From assembly GCA_963780185.1 (NCBI GenBank), contig CAWABA010000006.1, positions 128,001 to 192,000 on the forward strand: a stretch of 64,000 nt of DNA. The letters run 5' to 3'. The translations under genes and the position numbers were made by a program. The stretch comes from Candidatus Bathyarchaeota archaeon (lineage in GTDB: Archaea > Thermoproteota > Bathyarchaeia > Bathyarchaeales > Bathycorpusculaceae). Of this stretch, positions 30,536-40,967 are shown one piece after another (the stretch's first letter is position 1; the number at the start of each line of letters is the position of its first letter). The notes beneath the pieces were generated by a model, which was given only the letters and a program-made list of their open reading frames with translations, was not told the origin of the DNA and did not search any database.

Positions 30536-30922
30536 TTATTTCAGTTTGGCATGTTCAGCTTTGAAAGCTGCGTTGTAGGTTCTTTTTTTGGCTTGGTTTA
30601 GGACAAACGTTACTTTTCCTTTGAAGGTTACTCCTCTTAGACGCCTCAGGTCCCTTGTCATGTCGGGTTCAGAGTCGTCAAACCAGCACATCACGTAATG
30701 GTCCGCCGCGCCCGCTGCGGTGGAAAGGTAGTCCGCGTCGCCCATCAAAGTGAAGAAATCCGCAAGTCTTCCCTCCACTTTGCCGTTCGCCATGCGTGGA
30801 CACCGATATTTTTCTGGCTTTAACAACCACAAACGGGTCAATCTCTGGGTTATCGTCGCGCTCCTTGAAAATGCAGACAACAGGCTTATTCCAAACAAGC
30901 TCAGACAAACATTTTTCCTCAA
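30536..30922 (-). CDS. hypothetical protein (frameshifted)
   Basis: Two overlapping frames join into one plausible protein. Confidence 0.5.
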   Translation of the reverse strand: MRKNVCLSLFGISLLSAFSRSATITQRLTRLWLLKPEKYRCPRMANGKVEGRLADFFTLMGDADYLSTAAGAADHYVMCWFDDSEPDMTRDLRRLRGVTFKGKVTFVLNQAKKRTYNAAFKAEHAKLK

Positions 30923-31010
30923 AATAGCCTAGGCTTCAAGCATTATATAAATGGTGTTGCAGCGGGGAATTGTCGAAAATTTATAAGCGGACTTTGCCTT
31001 CCATTTTCGT

Positions 31011-32087
31011 ATGAAAACTTCTGTTAAAATAGGGTCCGCATACGGCATCCCCATCGAGCTGCACCTGACCTTCATCCTGCTTATTGTGGCGGTGCTCGGG
31101 CTCTCCGTTTACTACAGCCAAATTTACTCGTTTATCCTCATAGTGTTCCTGTTTGTCTTCGTGCTTTTCCATGAGCTTGCCCACTCAGTCATCGCCAGAC
31201 GCTACAAAATCAAAGTCCGCAAAATCATCCTCTACCCCATCGGCGGAGTTTCCGAAATCGAGGAGATACCTGAAAACCCCCAGATAGAGTGGCGCATGGC
31301 TTTTGCGGGTCCAGCTCACCAGCCTCATAATGGGCGCGGCTCTTGTCGCCGTAAACTTCGTGTTGCCTGTAAAATTCATGTTTGCGCCCGTCTTCCGTTG
31401 TGCTTTCCACGGGGAACCTGCTGCTGGATTTGGGGTACCTCAACCTGCTGCTTGGCGCCTTCAACCTGCTTCCTGCGTTTCCCATGGACGGCGGCAGAGT
31501 TCTTCGGGCGCTGCTGGCTGAACGCATGAAGTTCACGGCTGCCACCAAATACGCAAGCTACATCGGCAGGATTTTGGGCATCGGCATGGCGGTTTTCGGA
31601 ATCCTGTTTCCAGGCTACTTCCTGTGGATTGTGGTAGGCGTCTTCGTTTATGTTGGCGCCAGTGAAGAGGCGGAGCAGACAATTGTTTCCACGACGCTGG
31701 CAAACGTGCGGGTTAAAGATGTGATGCAGTCTGAAATCGGCTCAGTTCGTCCCGAGCAAACCCTCGCTGAAGCCTTCGAAGTCATGTTCCAAATCCCGCT
31801 ACCACGACGCGCTTGTCGAGAAAGACGGCGTCTTCCAAGGCGTCGTCACATGGACCGAAATAATCAAAGTTCCCAAAGACCAACGCGAAAACATCCGAAT
31901 CGAGCAGATGCCGCTGAAGAACATCTCAACTTTTCCCGATGAAGCCGTTTTTGAAACCTACAAGCTGATGACCCGGGAAAAAATCGATTTGATGCCTGTC
32001 GTCGACAAAGAGGCGCCTTCCAAAGTGGTGGGTGTCTTGACAAGCGAAGCCGTCGCCAACGCCTACGAGAAAGCCAAGAACAGCTAA
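31011..32087 (+). CDS. site-2 protease (M50) with CBS pair (indels)
   Basis: HELAH, AGP and FNLLPAFPMDGGR motifs; C-terminal CBS. Confidence 0.9.
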
Positions 32088-32198
32088 CGCCGACTGGCAA
32101 AAAGTATGTAATTTCTGAAATAGACAAACCCTCTTATCCAAAAAATGCGGTAGATAAGTTCAGTCAACTTAACCTTTATTGCAAAGTGGTGAACCAAC

Positions 32199-32834
32199 AT
32201 GGGAACAGAAATCCGCACATTCACGTCCCTAAAGGACATAACAGAGTACCTTACGAATCAAACTGTGCAGTACCGCGCCCTCTACGAAGACTACAGCCAA
32301 TGGCTCGGCACACTGCTACGCGACTTGGAAGGCACCCACAAAAACGACGAATGGTACCAGAAGTCAGCGGCGCTGCAAAAAAACCTTAAAGCGCAATCGA
32401 AAAAACCCGCGGAGCCAGCCGACAAAGGCAAGAAAGGCGGCAAAGGAAAAGAGGTGCAATCTTCCTGTTGGGTGCAGTCAGGCGACATCCAAATCAGCTT
32501 CACTGAGCAGGGACAAGCAGAAATCCTGTTTGAAGCCATCGAAAAAATAAAGGTTAAGATTGCGGAAAACGAGAAGTTCAAATTGACTGTTGCGCAGCTT
32601 GCCCGTTTGGGGCTTGGAACAACCATCAGCTACATCGTATACTTTGAAGAAGACGTACCCAAAAAAATCGTGCTCAAACCCAAAGCAAACGCCAAGGGAG
32701 ATGAAGCCTTCAAATTCATCGCAGAGCTCTCAGTGCCAGCATTCTACAACTATGACAAACCCCTAAAACCCCAGGGCTCAGCCAGCCCCAGAAACATCAG
32801 GCGATGTTGGCTACATGCAAAAGTTAAATATTGA
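32199..32834 (+). CDS. hypothetical protein
   Basis: 211-aa ORF, first gene of a co-oriented cluster. Confidence 0.65.
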   Translation: MGTEIRTFTSLKDITEYLTNQTVQYRALYEDYSQWLGTLLRDLEGTHKNDEWYQKSAALQKNLKAQSKKPAEPADKGKKGGKGKEVQSSCWVQSGDIQISFTEQGQAEILFEAIEKIKVKIAENEKFKLTVAQLARLGLGTTISYIVYFEEDVPKKIVLKPKANAKGDEAFKFIAELSVPAFYNYDKPLKPQGSASPRNIRRCWLHAKVKY

Positions 32835-33404
32835 AAACACAAAAATGAAGTAAAGAAGGAATACGCCGTAAACCCGCAGTACTCGGTCTCCGGAGTCACC
32901 GTTTCAATTAATATTACTAGTTTACACGCTGAAAGATCCGGCGAGTACCTAGCGAAGGAAGAACTGTTTTTTGACGTGAACGCGAAGCTGGAGGAGCAGA
33001 AAAAACCAGGCAGCAACGAAGTGCTCCTCAACTTTGAACTGGCGATTTCCACCAAACCCAACGTCGTGAAATACAACATCGCGGGCAGCGTAAGCCTAGT
33101 CGGCAAGCCAGAGGACATAAAAAAGAAGCTGGAAGTCAACCCGAAAACAAAAATCCCCCAGTTACTCTTCACCATCTACCAACACGTTTTCAGCTCAATC
33201 TACATGCTTTCCTCCAACCTGAACACGCCGTACCCGCCGCCTGACCTGCTTCACCCGATGGCGGAAAAAATACAGATAATATCAGGCATACCCCCAGCAG
33301 AAAAAACGGAAGTCCCAGCCGCGGCTCCAGCAGCAGCGCCCGCATCCACTCCGCCGCCTTCTGCACCTGCACAGCCGGCAGCGGGACAAGCGGCGCCAAA
33401 ATAA
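32815..33404 (+). CDS. hypothetical protein (SecB-like pattern possible) with Pro/Ala tail
   Basis: Frame extends upstream of 32976 across a poly-A indel. Confidence 0.55.
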
Positions 33405-33549
33405 ATCGGTAACTATCGGCTTTTCCACTTTTGGGTCTTTCCCATTTTTCAAGGCTTGTTGATGGTAGTTTTGTCGGACATATTTCAATGTTGGATATAG
33501 CTCGGATAGTGGAGCAAGCCATTAAACCGTTTTTCAACAACTTGTCTCA

Positions 33550-33807
33550 GTGAGAAAGGAGAAGAAGTCTTTGGAGACAACAGTAGCCACCTTGCTCTTA
33601 GTGGTTGCGTCGGTTGTATTTGCCTGCACGGTAGTGTCCTATGCAGTAGCCACCATCGAACAGACAATCAACACCCAAAACATGCCTGAGTTGAGTCAGT
33701 TGAAAACGTTTGAAAACAACCTTCTGAACCAGACAGGCATAATGAACGGAACTCTGCCGCAGCTTCCGAACCCGCACGCCGTAACCCGCAGTTTCAAGGT
33801 AGCTTAG
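33550..33807 (+). CDS. archaeal pilin/flagellin-like protein with class III signal peptide
   Basis: RKEKKS-LETTVATLLLVVASVV. Confidence 0.65.
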   Translation: MRKEKKSLETTVATLLLVVASVVFACTVVSYAVATIEQTINTQNMPELSQLKTFENNLLNQTGIMNGTLPQLPNPHAVTRSFKVA

Positions 33808-33903
33808 ACGCATTTTCGTGTTTGGTAGCTGTGCTGATTTTGAATGTGGTTTTTGAATTCATAAATCCTAAAATGGTGAAGCCGCAATTATGACTGAAGA
33901 TTA

Positions 33904-34233
33904 ATGTCTACTGGAACAGGAGAAGAAATATCAAGATTCGATGCGGAAAACGCCACGTCCCAGACCATGGACTTCCTCAAAAGGCTAGGCTACAAACAGA
34001 GTTGGCAGCCCATGAAGGTATCAATGGACGGCGACCTGTACATTGTCGAGATGTCAGTTCCGAAGCTGACGGCTAAAGTGCAGATAAACTCCAAAACCAA
34101 AGACATAAAAGAATACGAACTCACAGAAAGCGAAGCCGCAAACAACTCGTTTTTCAACTCGAAAAAAATGATGCTTATCGTTGTCGGCGCGTCGGCAGCG
34201 GTTGTTTTGCTGAATTTGCTTGGTCTCTTTTGA
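33904..34233 (+). CDS. PepSY-like small tail-anchored protein
   Basis: YIVEM...VQINSKTKDI followed by a C-terminal TM. Confidence 0.5.
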   Translation: MSTGTGEEISRFDAENATSQTMDFLKRLGYKQSWQPMKVSMDGDLYIVEMSVPKLTAKVQINSKTKDIKEYELTESEAANNSFFNSKKMMLIVVGASAAVVLLNLLGLF

Positions 34234-34264
34234 TTCCGCAGATTTTCTCCGAAATCAGTGCCAC

Positions 34265-34621
34265 TCACTTGGGTTTGTAGCGGTTTTTCTCCGAGAAGTA
34301 ATCCATCACTCGGGTATCGTCGAAGAATCTGGCAGAATGCGCCTTCCCCGCAGCAACAAGGTACTCGTCGCCTTTCCTGTACCGCGTCGATTTGCCGTCG
34401 ACAGTTAACTCCATTTCGCCATCCACAACCATACCCCACTGCGCGTAAGTGTGACTATGCGCTGGCATATCGGTGCCACGTTCAAACTGGAAAAAAACAA
34501 GCTGGCTATCCTCTGCCTGCAGAATCCACGCTTTCCCGCCCTCGCAAGCAACCTTCGCCTCAGGCAGACTGGTTATGACGTCAGGATAAGCGGAAACCTT
34601 CTGACCCTTTGTTTTACTCAA
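34265..34621 (-). CDS. cupin domain protein
   Basis: PAHSH..QWG.V..G and H motifs. Confidence 0.88.
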   Translation of the reverse strand: MSKTKGQKVSAYPDVITSLPEAKVACEGGKAWILQAEDSQLVFFQFERGTDMPAHSHTYAQWGMVVDGEMELTVDGKSTRYRKGDEYLVAAGKAHSARFFDDTRVMDYFSEKNRYKPK

Positions 34622-34748
34622 ACGTTTTACCCCACAGAGGTATCAACGGCGAAAAGATAGAAAAACCCTTTGATTACCAGTTAAATAACAACAGTTTTTT
34701 GCATTCTCTAGCGAAAATAGAAAATTTTCATTAAGAAAAATCTCGGTT

Positions 34749-35075
34749 TCAGGTTTGGTATTTTGGGCGTTTGGCTTCTTTTTCCCAGAAATGTTCGTCG
34801 TCGACCATTATGACTTGGACTTCAACAACGTTTTTTGGGGTGGTTAATGCCTTGCGGAGCTTGGTGGGTAATTCGGGTTTTGCCAAAAGCGCCATTCTGG
34901 ACTTCTCCTGCAGCTCTGCGATGCGTTCCGCGTTTTTGTTGGCGTAGCCATGGTACTTCACGCTTTTTCCTTCGATGATGGCTTTGTCAAAGTCGTCTTT
35001 GCTGCATTGGATCAGTTTTTCGCCGTCTCGAATGAACCAGTAAGGCAGAGTCTTAGGCATAACAATCGTAGCCAA
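34749..35075 (-). CDS. hypothetical protein
   Basis: 108-aa ORF. Confidence 0.55.
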   Translation of the reverse strand: MATIVMPKTLPYWFIRDGEKLIQCSKDDFDKAIIEGKSVKYHGYANKNAERIAELQEKSRMALLAKPELPTKLRKALTTPKNVVEVQVIMVDDEHFWEKEAKRPKYQT

Positions 35076-35274
35076 TAGGTTAGGCGACTCCTAATTAACA
35101 TTGTCGTTTGGAACGCAGATTAGCGCCTCAGAAACCGAATCTAAATAAATCAACGCGGCTAAGCTATCCGCTTCATACTAACGTGTTTATCATCATGGCG
35201 CATTAAAACAAAAACACTGAAAAACAAGTTTATAAAAACGGATAATAAATTTAGAAAGAAAAAATTCTGCAGCG

Positions 35275-35421
35275 TTAACGTTTGAGAGTAAGCGTGAGAT
35301 AATGGCCTTTGTGTTCGCTCATTCGGTGGATTCTTAATTCTTCTGGATTATGAAATTTCTCGGAACATAATCTGCATTTAAATGTCTCTCCATACATTGA
35401 TCTGGTATCCAACATCAACAT
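35275..35421 (-). CDS. small C2H2 zinc-finger protein (not in ORF track)
   Basis: FKCRLCSEKFHNPEELRIHRMSEH. Confidence 0.7.
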   Translation of the reverse strand: MLMLDTRSMYGETFKCRLCSEKFHNPEELRIHRMSEHKGHYLTLTLKR

Positions 35422-35650
35422 CAACCTTCTCCATTGGCTATGCAAAAATTACTTCTTACAAGCCCTTATCAAAATGCACTTAAGCCGCTTATAAACCAAC
35501 AATAAATTCTGGCAAAAACCACCATAGCTTTCGTCAAATTTGTGTTAAGAATTAACTGCAAGAAAATCGAAATCATCTATTTAGCGCTCACATCATTTTC
35601 CAAACTCGTAAAAACTTAATTAGAATCCAGGATAATTTTACTGATGGGTA

Positions 35651-35878
35651 ATGAATTTGTCAATTGATATAAAACTTGAACGAGGCGTCAGAGGATACAC
35701 CATTGTCAGGAAAAAATGCCCGAACTGCGATGCGGAACTAATCTTCAAAATCCACAAGAACGCGATCCACGACGTAGGCGGAGAAGGACTATACTATCCT
35801 GAAGAAAACGTTGTCCGCTGCAAAGTCTGCATGAGCACATTCAAATACGAAACCAAAATCAAGCCTGAAACCAAATAA
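35651..35878 (+). CDS. small zinc-ribbon protein
   Basis: CPNC...CKVC. Confidence 0.65.
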   Translation: MNLSIDIKLERGVRGYTIVRKKCPNCDAELIFKIHKNAIHDVGGEGLYYPEENVVRCKVCMSTFKYETKIKPETK

Positions 35879-36020
35879 GAGCAACCTGAGAAAAAAAGGC
35901 AATCAAATTACTATATGCCTTTACGTTCAAAAAATTAGTTTTCAAGGTTAACCCATAAATTTTTGGTTTTCCAGGGGCTTTCTTAAAGATTATAAGATAA
36001 TCTGTTGCTATAACGTAGGC

Positions 36021-36428
36021 ATGAAGGCTTGCGTGCTGTACATTTCACGCACAGGAAACACCAAACGTTTAGCCGAAGCAATTGCGGATTTGTTAAAAGC
36101 GCCTATTTTCAACATAGCCTCCGCCCCTGACCCTTCACTTGTTTTAGGCTTCGACTTGTTGATCATCGGGACACCAGTTATGGGTCTTGGACCAGCTCCC
36201 GAAACGCACTCGTTTGTTAAACGCTTGCCAAACGGCGAAGGAAAGAAAACGATCCTTTTCTGCACATACGCGATAAAACAAGGCGGAACCCTAAAAGTTC
36301 TGGAAAAAGAGCTAACAACCAAGGGTTACGTGAATGTTTTGAGCGTTTCAAAGCGGGGGCTCAAACCAAACAAAACTGACTTCCAAGACGTTCTATACCA
36401 GATAAGCAAGGCAACAGAACCCAAATGA
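36021..36428 (+). CDS. flavodoxin family protein
   Basis: YISRTGNTKRLAEAI and IGTPV motifs. Confidence 0.88.
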   Translation: MKACVLYISRTGNTKRLAEAIADLLKAPIFNIASAPDPSLVLGFDLLIIGTPVMGLGPAPETHSFVKRLPNGEGKKTILFCTYAIKQGGTLKVLEKELTTKGYVNVLSVSKRGLKPNKTDFQDVLYQISKATEPK

Positions 36429-36549
36429 AGCTCATTTCGTTAAAGAACGGGGCAACGCCGGGCAACTCCACGAATAAAATGTCAAAAATTGGCTCCCAAC
36501 ATCGGCATTGAGGGCTCAATTAGGGTTCTGGCGCGGTTGAAAGGGCTTG

Positions 36550-36975
36550 CTACTGGCGCTCTCCACCAAGGGCTTCCCATATGTCCTCAGCGAAAGTCTT
36601 GTTGGACAATTGGCGCAATACGTCAAATGCAACTAGGACTCCAGTTATTTTTCCGTTTTCGGTTACTGGGAGCCGTCTTATTTTTCGTTCGCCCATAATT
36701 CTGGCGGCTTTTTTCAGGGTAATATTGGCGTCGATTGTTATTAGCGGGGATGACATGACCTCTGAAACTGGGGTAGTGTGGGGAAGGTTTTTTGCGATAA
36801 CTCTTATAACTAGGTCTCTCTCGGTTATGATGCCAACGGTAATTTTGTCATCAACAATCATCAAGCTGCCTCTATTAGACTCCTTCATGAGGTTAGCAGC
36901 TTCCAACACTGTCTGCTTCGGTCCTACATTGACGACAGGTTTCATTATCTCTTTAACAGTGCGCATAGTTTCCAT
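36550..36975 (-). CDS. CBS-pair protein
   Basis: VGIITERD and IRRLPV motifs. Confidence 0.92.
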   Translation of the reverse strand: METMRTVKEIMKPVVNVGPKQTVLEAANLMKESNRGSLMIVDDKITVGIITERDLVIRVIAKNLPHTTPVSEVMSSPLITIDANITLKKAARIMGERKIRRLPVTENGKITGVLVAFDVLRQLSNKTFAEDIWEALGGERQ

Positions 36976-37027
36976 AATGCACCTTTAAACAAAAATAAGG
37001 TTTCCTATAGCACACAGCAGGTGAGAC

Positions 37028-37091
37028 TGGAGGGCTGGAGAGATTTGAACTCTCGTCTATAACGCCCGAGGCTACAAGCCTAGACCAAGCT
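37028..37091 (-). repeat. direct repeat of the 3' ~64 nt of tRNA-Pro (att site)
   Basis: Near-identical to 40968-41032. Confidence 0.92.
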
Positions 37092-37558
37092 TAGCTATTT
37101 TGTCTTTTGACAAACTCTTTGGGAGTCATTACCTTACCTTTCAAGTTGGGAAGCCTTTCAAAATGCTCTTTGTTCTCGGTCAATAGGACGTCACAGCCCT
37201 CCGCTATGAAGGAGGCAGCGATTACTACATCTTGGTATTCTATCGGCTGCCCCTTTGCGATAAGGTATGCGTTCAGTTGAGCAGTGTGCTTGGCTATCTG
37301 ACCGTTTAATGGGATCCATCGAAATTGACTGAGTACCTGCTCGGCTTTCTTTACCGCGCCAATATAATCCTTCCTTAGGTATGATCCCGTTAATATTTCC
37401 GAAACGCTCACAGTGCTTATAAACGCACTATCAGTACTCGTTAGCTGCTTACAAAGCTCAATAACGTCTTCTCTTCCTCTATCCACATCAACAATTATCG
37501 AGGTATCAACGAATACAGTTTCGAGCTTTCTTTCTGTCTTAGACTTTTTGCCGCTCAA
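37091..37558 (-). CDS. vapC: PIN-domain VapC toxin
   Basis: FVDTS, SEI, QDVVIAA and LTENKEHF motifs. Confidence 0.92.
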   Translation of the reverse strand: MSGKKSKTERKLETVFVDTSIIVDVDRGREDVIELCKQLTSTDSAFISTVSVSEILTGSYLRKDYIGAVKKAEQVLSQFRWIPLNGQIAKHTAQLNAYLIAKGQPIEYQDVVIAASFIAEGCDVLLTENKEHFERLPNLKGKVMTPKEFVKRQNS

Positions 37559-37810
37559 TCAGGGAACCAGCCCAAGACGCTTAAATCTATTTCTTGAGTC
37601 AGAGCGGAGAGATGCCAGCAGCTTTTCGAAGTCCTCGGGCAGAAAGTCAGTACAATCTTTCCAAGCTTCTTCGTTTGCTTTCTCAATCACTATCTTCTTT
37701 CCCTCTACCACCTTCATCTTCACCCTATCGCCCTCCACTATACCCGCTGCTTCACGTATTTCTTTAGGGATTGTGACTTGCGAATGCCTCGTAACGATAA
37801 CTGAATCCAT
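37559..37810 (-). CDS. AbrB/MazE-family antitoxin
   Basis: VTRHSQVTIPKEIREAAGIVEGD. Confidence 0.9.
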   Translation of the reverse strand: MDSVIVTRHSQVTIPKEIREAAGIVEGDRVKMKVVEGKKIVIEKANEEAWKDCTDFLPEDFEKLLASLRSDSRNRFKRLGLVP

Positions 37811-37990
37811 AGTTTGACCACTGCTAATAATTACTGGCATTTCTCACTAATAAGGAATTACTACAATTTAATAGGAAAAAACTTTCTGCGTCTTAAACCA
37901 TGCGATTACTAGCACTTTGCTAATAATTAAGCGGTAACAAGTTTAAAATAGTGATTTCATGCAAATAGGCACAAGGTACGTGCCACTTGA

Positions 37991-39310
37991 ATGTTGGAAA
38001 ATGCCGCTGTTTTCTTAGATAAAATGTCGGGATTCGATTTCGAAGAACTTGTTGCAGATATTCTCAGCAGATTAGGTTACGGGCATGTCGAGAAAATATT
38101 ATTTACTCAAGATGGCGGTAGGGATATTCTAATTCATTCGCCGCAGGGTTTAATCGTAGTGGAATGCAAGCATCAGCCGAAAACTAGTATCGGAAGACCA
38201 ATAGTTCAAAAGTTGCACTCAGCCGTCATCACCTCAAAAGCAGTTAAGGGCATGCTTGTTACAACAGGGCACTTTACTAAAGAAGCGTTGGAGTATGCAA
38301 GGAATCTTGCCAGTACTAATACCCAAATTGATATGATAGACCGGCCTATTCTAATCGATATGGCTTCTCGTGCCAATGTTACCATAGTTAGCGGCAGACA
38401 AAAATTAAGCGTGTGGACTTATTCACTGCCTTCAAGAGATAAAACGGCTTATGCAATATCTTCCCACGTCGCCTCATTCTCGTCAAGCTATCCACGGCAT
38501 CCCAATGAAATGATGAACAACTTAAACAGAGTGATTTCCTATAGACCCGTCTATTCGATAACGTATAACGTAAATAGTGTTTTTGAGACTTCAGTGGGAG
38601 TTGTTCATCGCGAGAGCGCTTCCCACGCTCGACTGTTTCTAGATGGAAACACGGGCTATCTATGTAGCGATGGCATTAGCACTTTTTTGGAGTCGGAACC
38701 TCAGGACGAGTTTAATCAGCCCCATGAAGACTTTGTGGGTGAGTTACCAACTTTCCAGATTGACTCTACGACAATGCAGCGAAGCGCTAAGAAATTTATC
38801 ATAGAAAAACATTCCAAAAACGTCTCCTATTATGGACGTAACAACCAAAGATATGTTAAGGCATGTGTCCCAGGCGAGAGAGAAGTTTACATTAGTGATG
38901 TACGGCAGCTTTACCTTCCTTTAATCAGGATTGATTTCAAATTAGGCTCAACAAGTTATTACACTGAGGGCGCTCAAGCTCCATCTGGACGATTATTGTC
39001 TCAATCAGACAATCTGCGGCAATGCCGAATATGCAATAAGACAATCGTTGCGGGCGCGATTATTTGCGATACGTGTGGGAAAACGACCCATTCAGGAGGC
39101 TTTTTAATCAGTTCCATCCATGGCTTCAAATGCAAAATTTGTGGTCGAACTACTTGCCGGGAGCACGGATCTTGGAGACGAAAATACTTAATTCTTAAAG
39201 AAATGGTTTGCCCAGCATGCTTTGGAGATCTTAAAAATAATAATCTTGGGTTTAGGCGATTCGAAGCTTTTGACAATCAAACTCCTCTATGGAAGAGCTT
39301 ATTCAATTAA
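37991..39310 (+). CDS. Mrr-like (PD-D/ExK) restriction endonuclease with C-terminal multi-Cys zinc region
   Basis: FEELVA, DGGRDI, VECKH and VTTGHFT motifs; several CxxC at the C-terminus. Confidence 0.88.
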   Translation: MLENAAVFLDKMSGFDFEELVADILSRLGYGHVEKILFTQDGGRDILIHSPQGLIVVECKHQPKTSIGRPIVQKLHSAVITSKAVKGMLVTTGHFTKEALEYARNLASTNTQIDMIDRPILIDMASRANVTIVSGRQKLSVWTYSLPSRDKTAYAISSHVASFSSSYPRHPNEMMNNLNRVISYRPVYSITYNVNSVFETSVGVVHRESASHARLFLDGNTGYLCSDGISTFLESEPQDEFNQPHEDFVGELPTFQIDSTTMQRSAKKFIIEKHSKNVSYYGRNNQRYVKACVPGEREVYISDVRQLYLPLIRIDFKLGSTSYYTEGAQAPSGRLLSQSDNLRQCRICNKTIVAGAIICDTCGKTTHSGGFLISSIHGFKCKICGRTTCREHGSWRRKYLILKEMVCPACFGDLKNNNLGFRRFEAFDNQTPLWKSLFN

Positions 39311-39500
39311 ACTTTTGTTCGTGTCTTAAAATGAATGCTCGAGATTTTTGGTCGGGCTTCCCAGATTTGAACCAGCCTATAGGCTGATTCATTTTTTCTA
39401 AAAAGAGTTACTATTTCAGTGTGCGGAAATAATACAGGAAAACTTATCTCGTGTAAGGAACCATACAGATAAAGAGAAAATCTAGAAACAGTGGGAAGAA

Positions 39501-40391
39501 ATGAGCGATCTGTCAAAGATACTCGAATACTTGCGTGATATTGTTAGTGCACCCATCTTGAACATCATAATAATAGCCGGAATTATTTTCGCCTTTGTTT
39601 CATTTTTTAGTTTTAATGGACTGAGTAATTTTAGGTTACAGGTAAACCCGAATTTAATTATGTTCGCAACAGGATGCGTGTTAATTTGCTCTGGAATAAG
39701 TGTATATGCGGTAACTAGAGAAATAGAAAGAGGTTCAAGAGCGGCAAAGATTAAAGACGGATTAAAGTTCAAACTTGGACGAACCACAGTCATTTTGAGA
39801 AAGGGAAAAATTCAAGACGCTGCTGGCTTAGATAGAGAGACAGCAGTTGTACTTCCTGTCAATACAACATTCGTCGACGATTGCACTTCAGATAAAAGGA
39901 GTGCGACCGGCGCATACATTCTGGAATTTTACCCGAATGAACTATCAAAAATCCAGCAAGTAATGAATGAGCAATTGGAAAAACTTGGCTACCGTAAAAC
40001 CGGAAATGGCACATTAACTCCGGGAACCACGATACTTCTACCTTCGCCCTATGACACGCCCGCTAAAGTGTTGATGACTGCATCTACCTTTAGAGAAGAA
40101 AAAGTGGGAATCAAAGCTGAACCAAATATTATTTGCGATTGTGTGGGAAAAATATTCGAATTCACCGCTGACAAGAAGATCAGTAAATTCCGTATGCCCG
40201 TCTTAGGTAGCGGTCATGGAGGCTTAGATATAAACGAAGCTTTAGCACTACTGATGATTAGCATCAAATATTACTCTGAAAATTCATTCCACCACGTAAA
40301 GCAGACGGAAATCATAATTATGGAAAATGATATATCCAAATTAAGAGAATGTTGTATACAGTACTTTGCAACTTTGGGGGAAAATAAATGA
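39501..40391 (+). CDS. 2-TM + macrodomain protein (Thoeris type II ThsA-like)
   Basis: Two N-terminal TM helices; GKIQD, VVLPVNTTF and MPVLGSGHGGL motifs. Confidence 0.75.
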   Translation: MSDLSKILEYLRDIVSAPILNIIIIAGIIFAFVSFFSFNGLSNFRLQVNPNLIMFATGCVLICSGISVYAVTREIERGSRAAKIKDGLKFKLGRTTVILRKGKIQDAAGLDRETAVVLPVNTTFVDDCTSDKRSATGAYILEFYPNELSKIQQVMNEQLEKLGYRKTGNGTLTPGTTILLPSPYDTPAKVLMTASTFREEKVGIKAEPNIICDCVGKIFEFTADKKISKFRMPVLGSGHGGLDINEALALLMISIKYYSENSFHHVKQTEIIIMENDISKLRECCIQYFATLGENK

Positions 40392-40756
40392 TAGTGTACC
40401 ACTATACCGAAGAGAGAGCATATAATGAGATAATAGAAACAAATGAGTTTAAGCCTTCTAATTTTTCCACATCATTAGATTGCACTTATGGAGAAGGTTG
40501 GTATTTCACAGATTTAACTCCCAATATGTCCAACCAAGAATTATGCCAATTATGGGGTCAACTCGTACCCAAAAGAACTAGATTCTACTTAGAATTTGAT
40601 GTAGACCAAAGCTTTCTTCAAAACACACGTTCACATGTTTATAGATTTCCATTGAACAGTTTGAAGGAGCCTGTCATCAGATTGGATTTTCACTATCATT
40701 TACAAAATTTTCCTGAGAAAATAGTGCTTAAACATACGAGAAAAGGTAGAAGATAA
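40388..40756 (+). CDS. HYD1-signature ADP-ribosyltransferase-fold protein
   Basis: YHYT...EII...YGEGWYFTDLTP...YLEF; ATGA overlap with the upstream gene. Confidence 0.75.
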   Translation: MIVYHYTEERAYNEIIETNEFKPSNFSTSLDCTYGEGWYFTDLTPNMSNQELCQLWGQLVPKRTRFYLEFDVDQSFLQNTRSHVYRFPLNSLKEPVIRLDFHYHLQNFPEKIVLKHTRKGRR

Positions 40757-40967
40757 GTGCATCTCCTTTAACTTTGGCCACCGGACCGTTGATCAAGTTA
40801 AATTCTCATCAGGTGAAATTAAGTCAAACAGAATGGCAAATATTCCATCCCCTTTGTCCCCTTCACTCGACTAACTGCCAATTACTCTGGCTTAAAGTGA
40901 TACTTTCTAACAACAGTTATAAAAATAATTATTTTTGAAACTGAATGAATTTTTCGGAATAGACATT

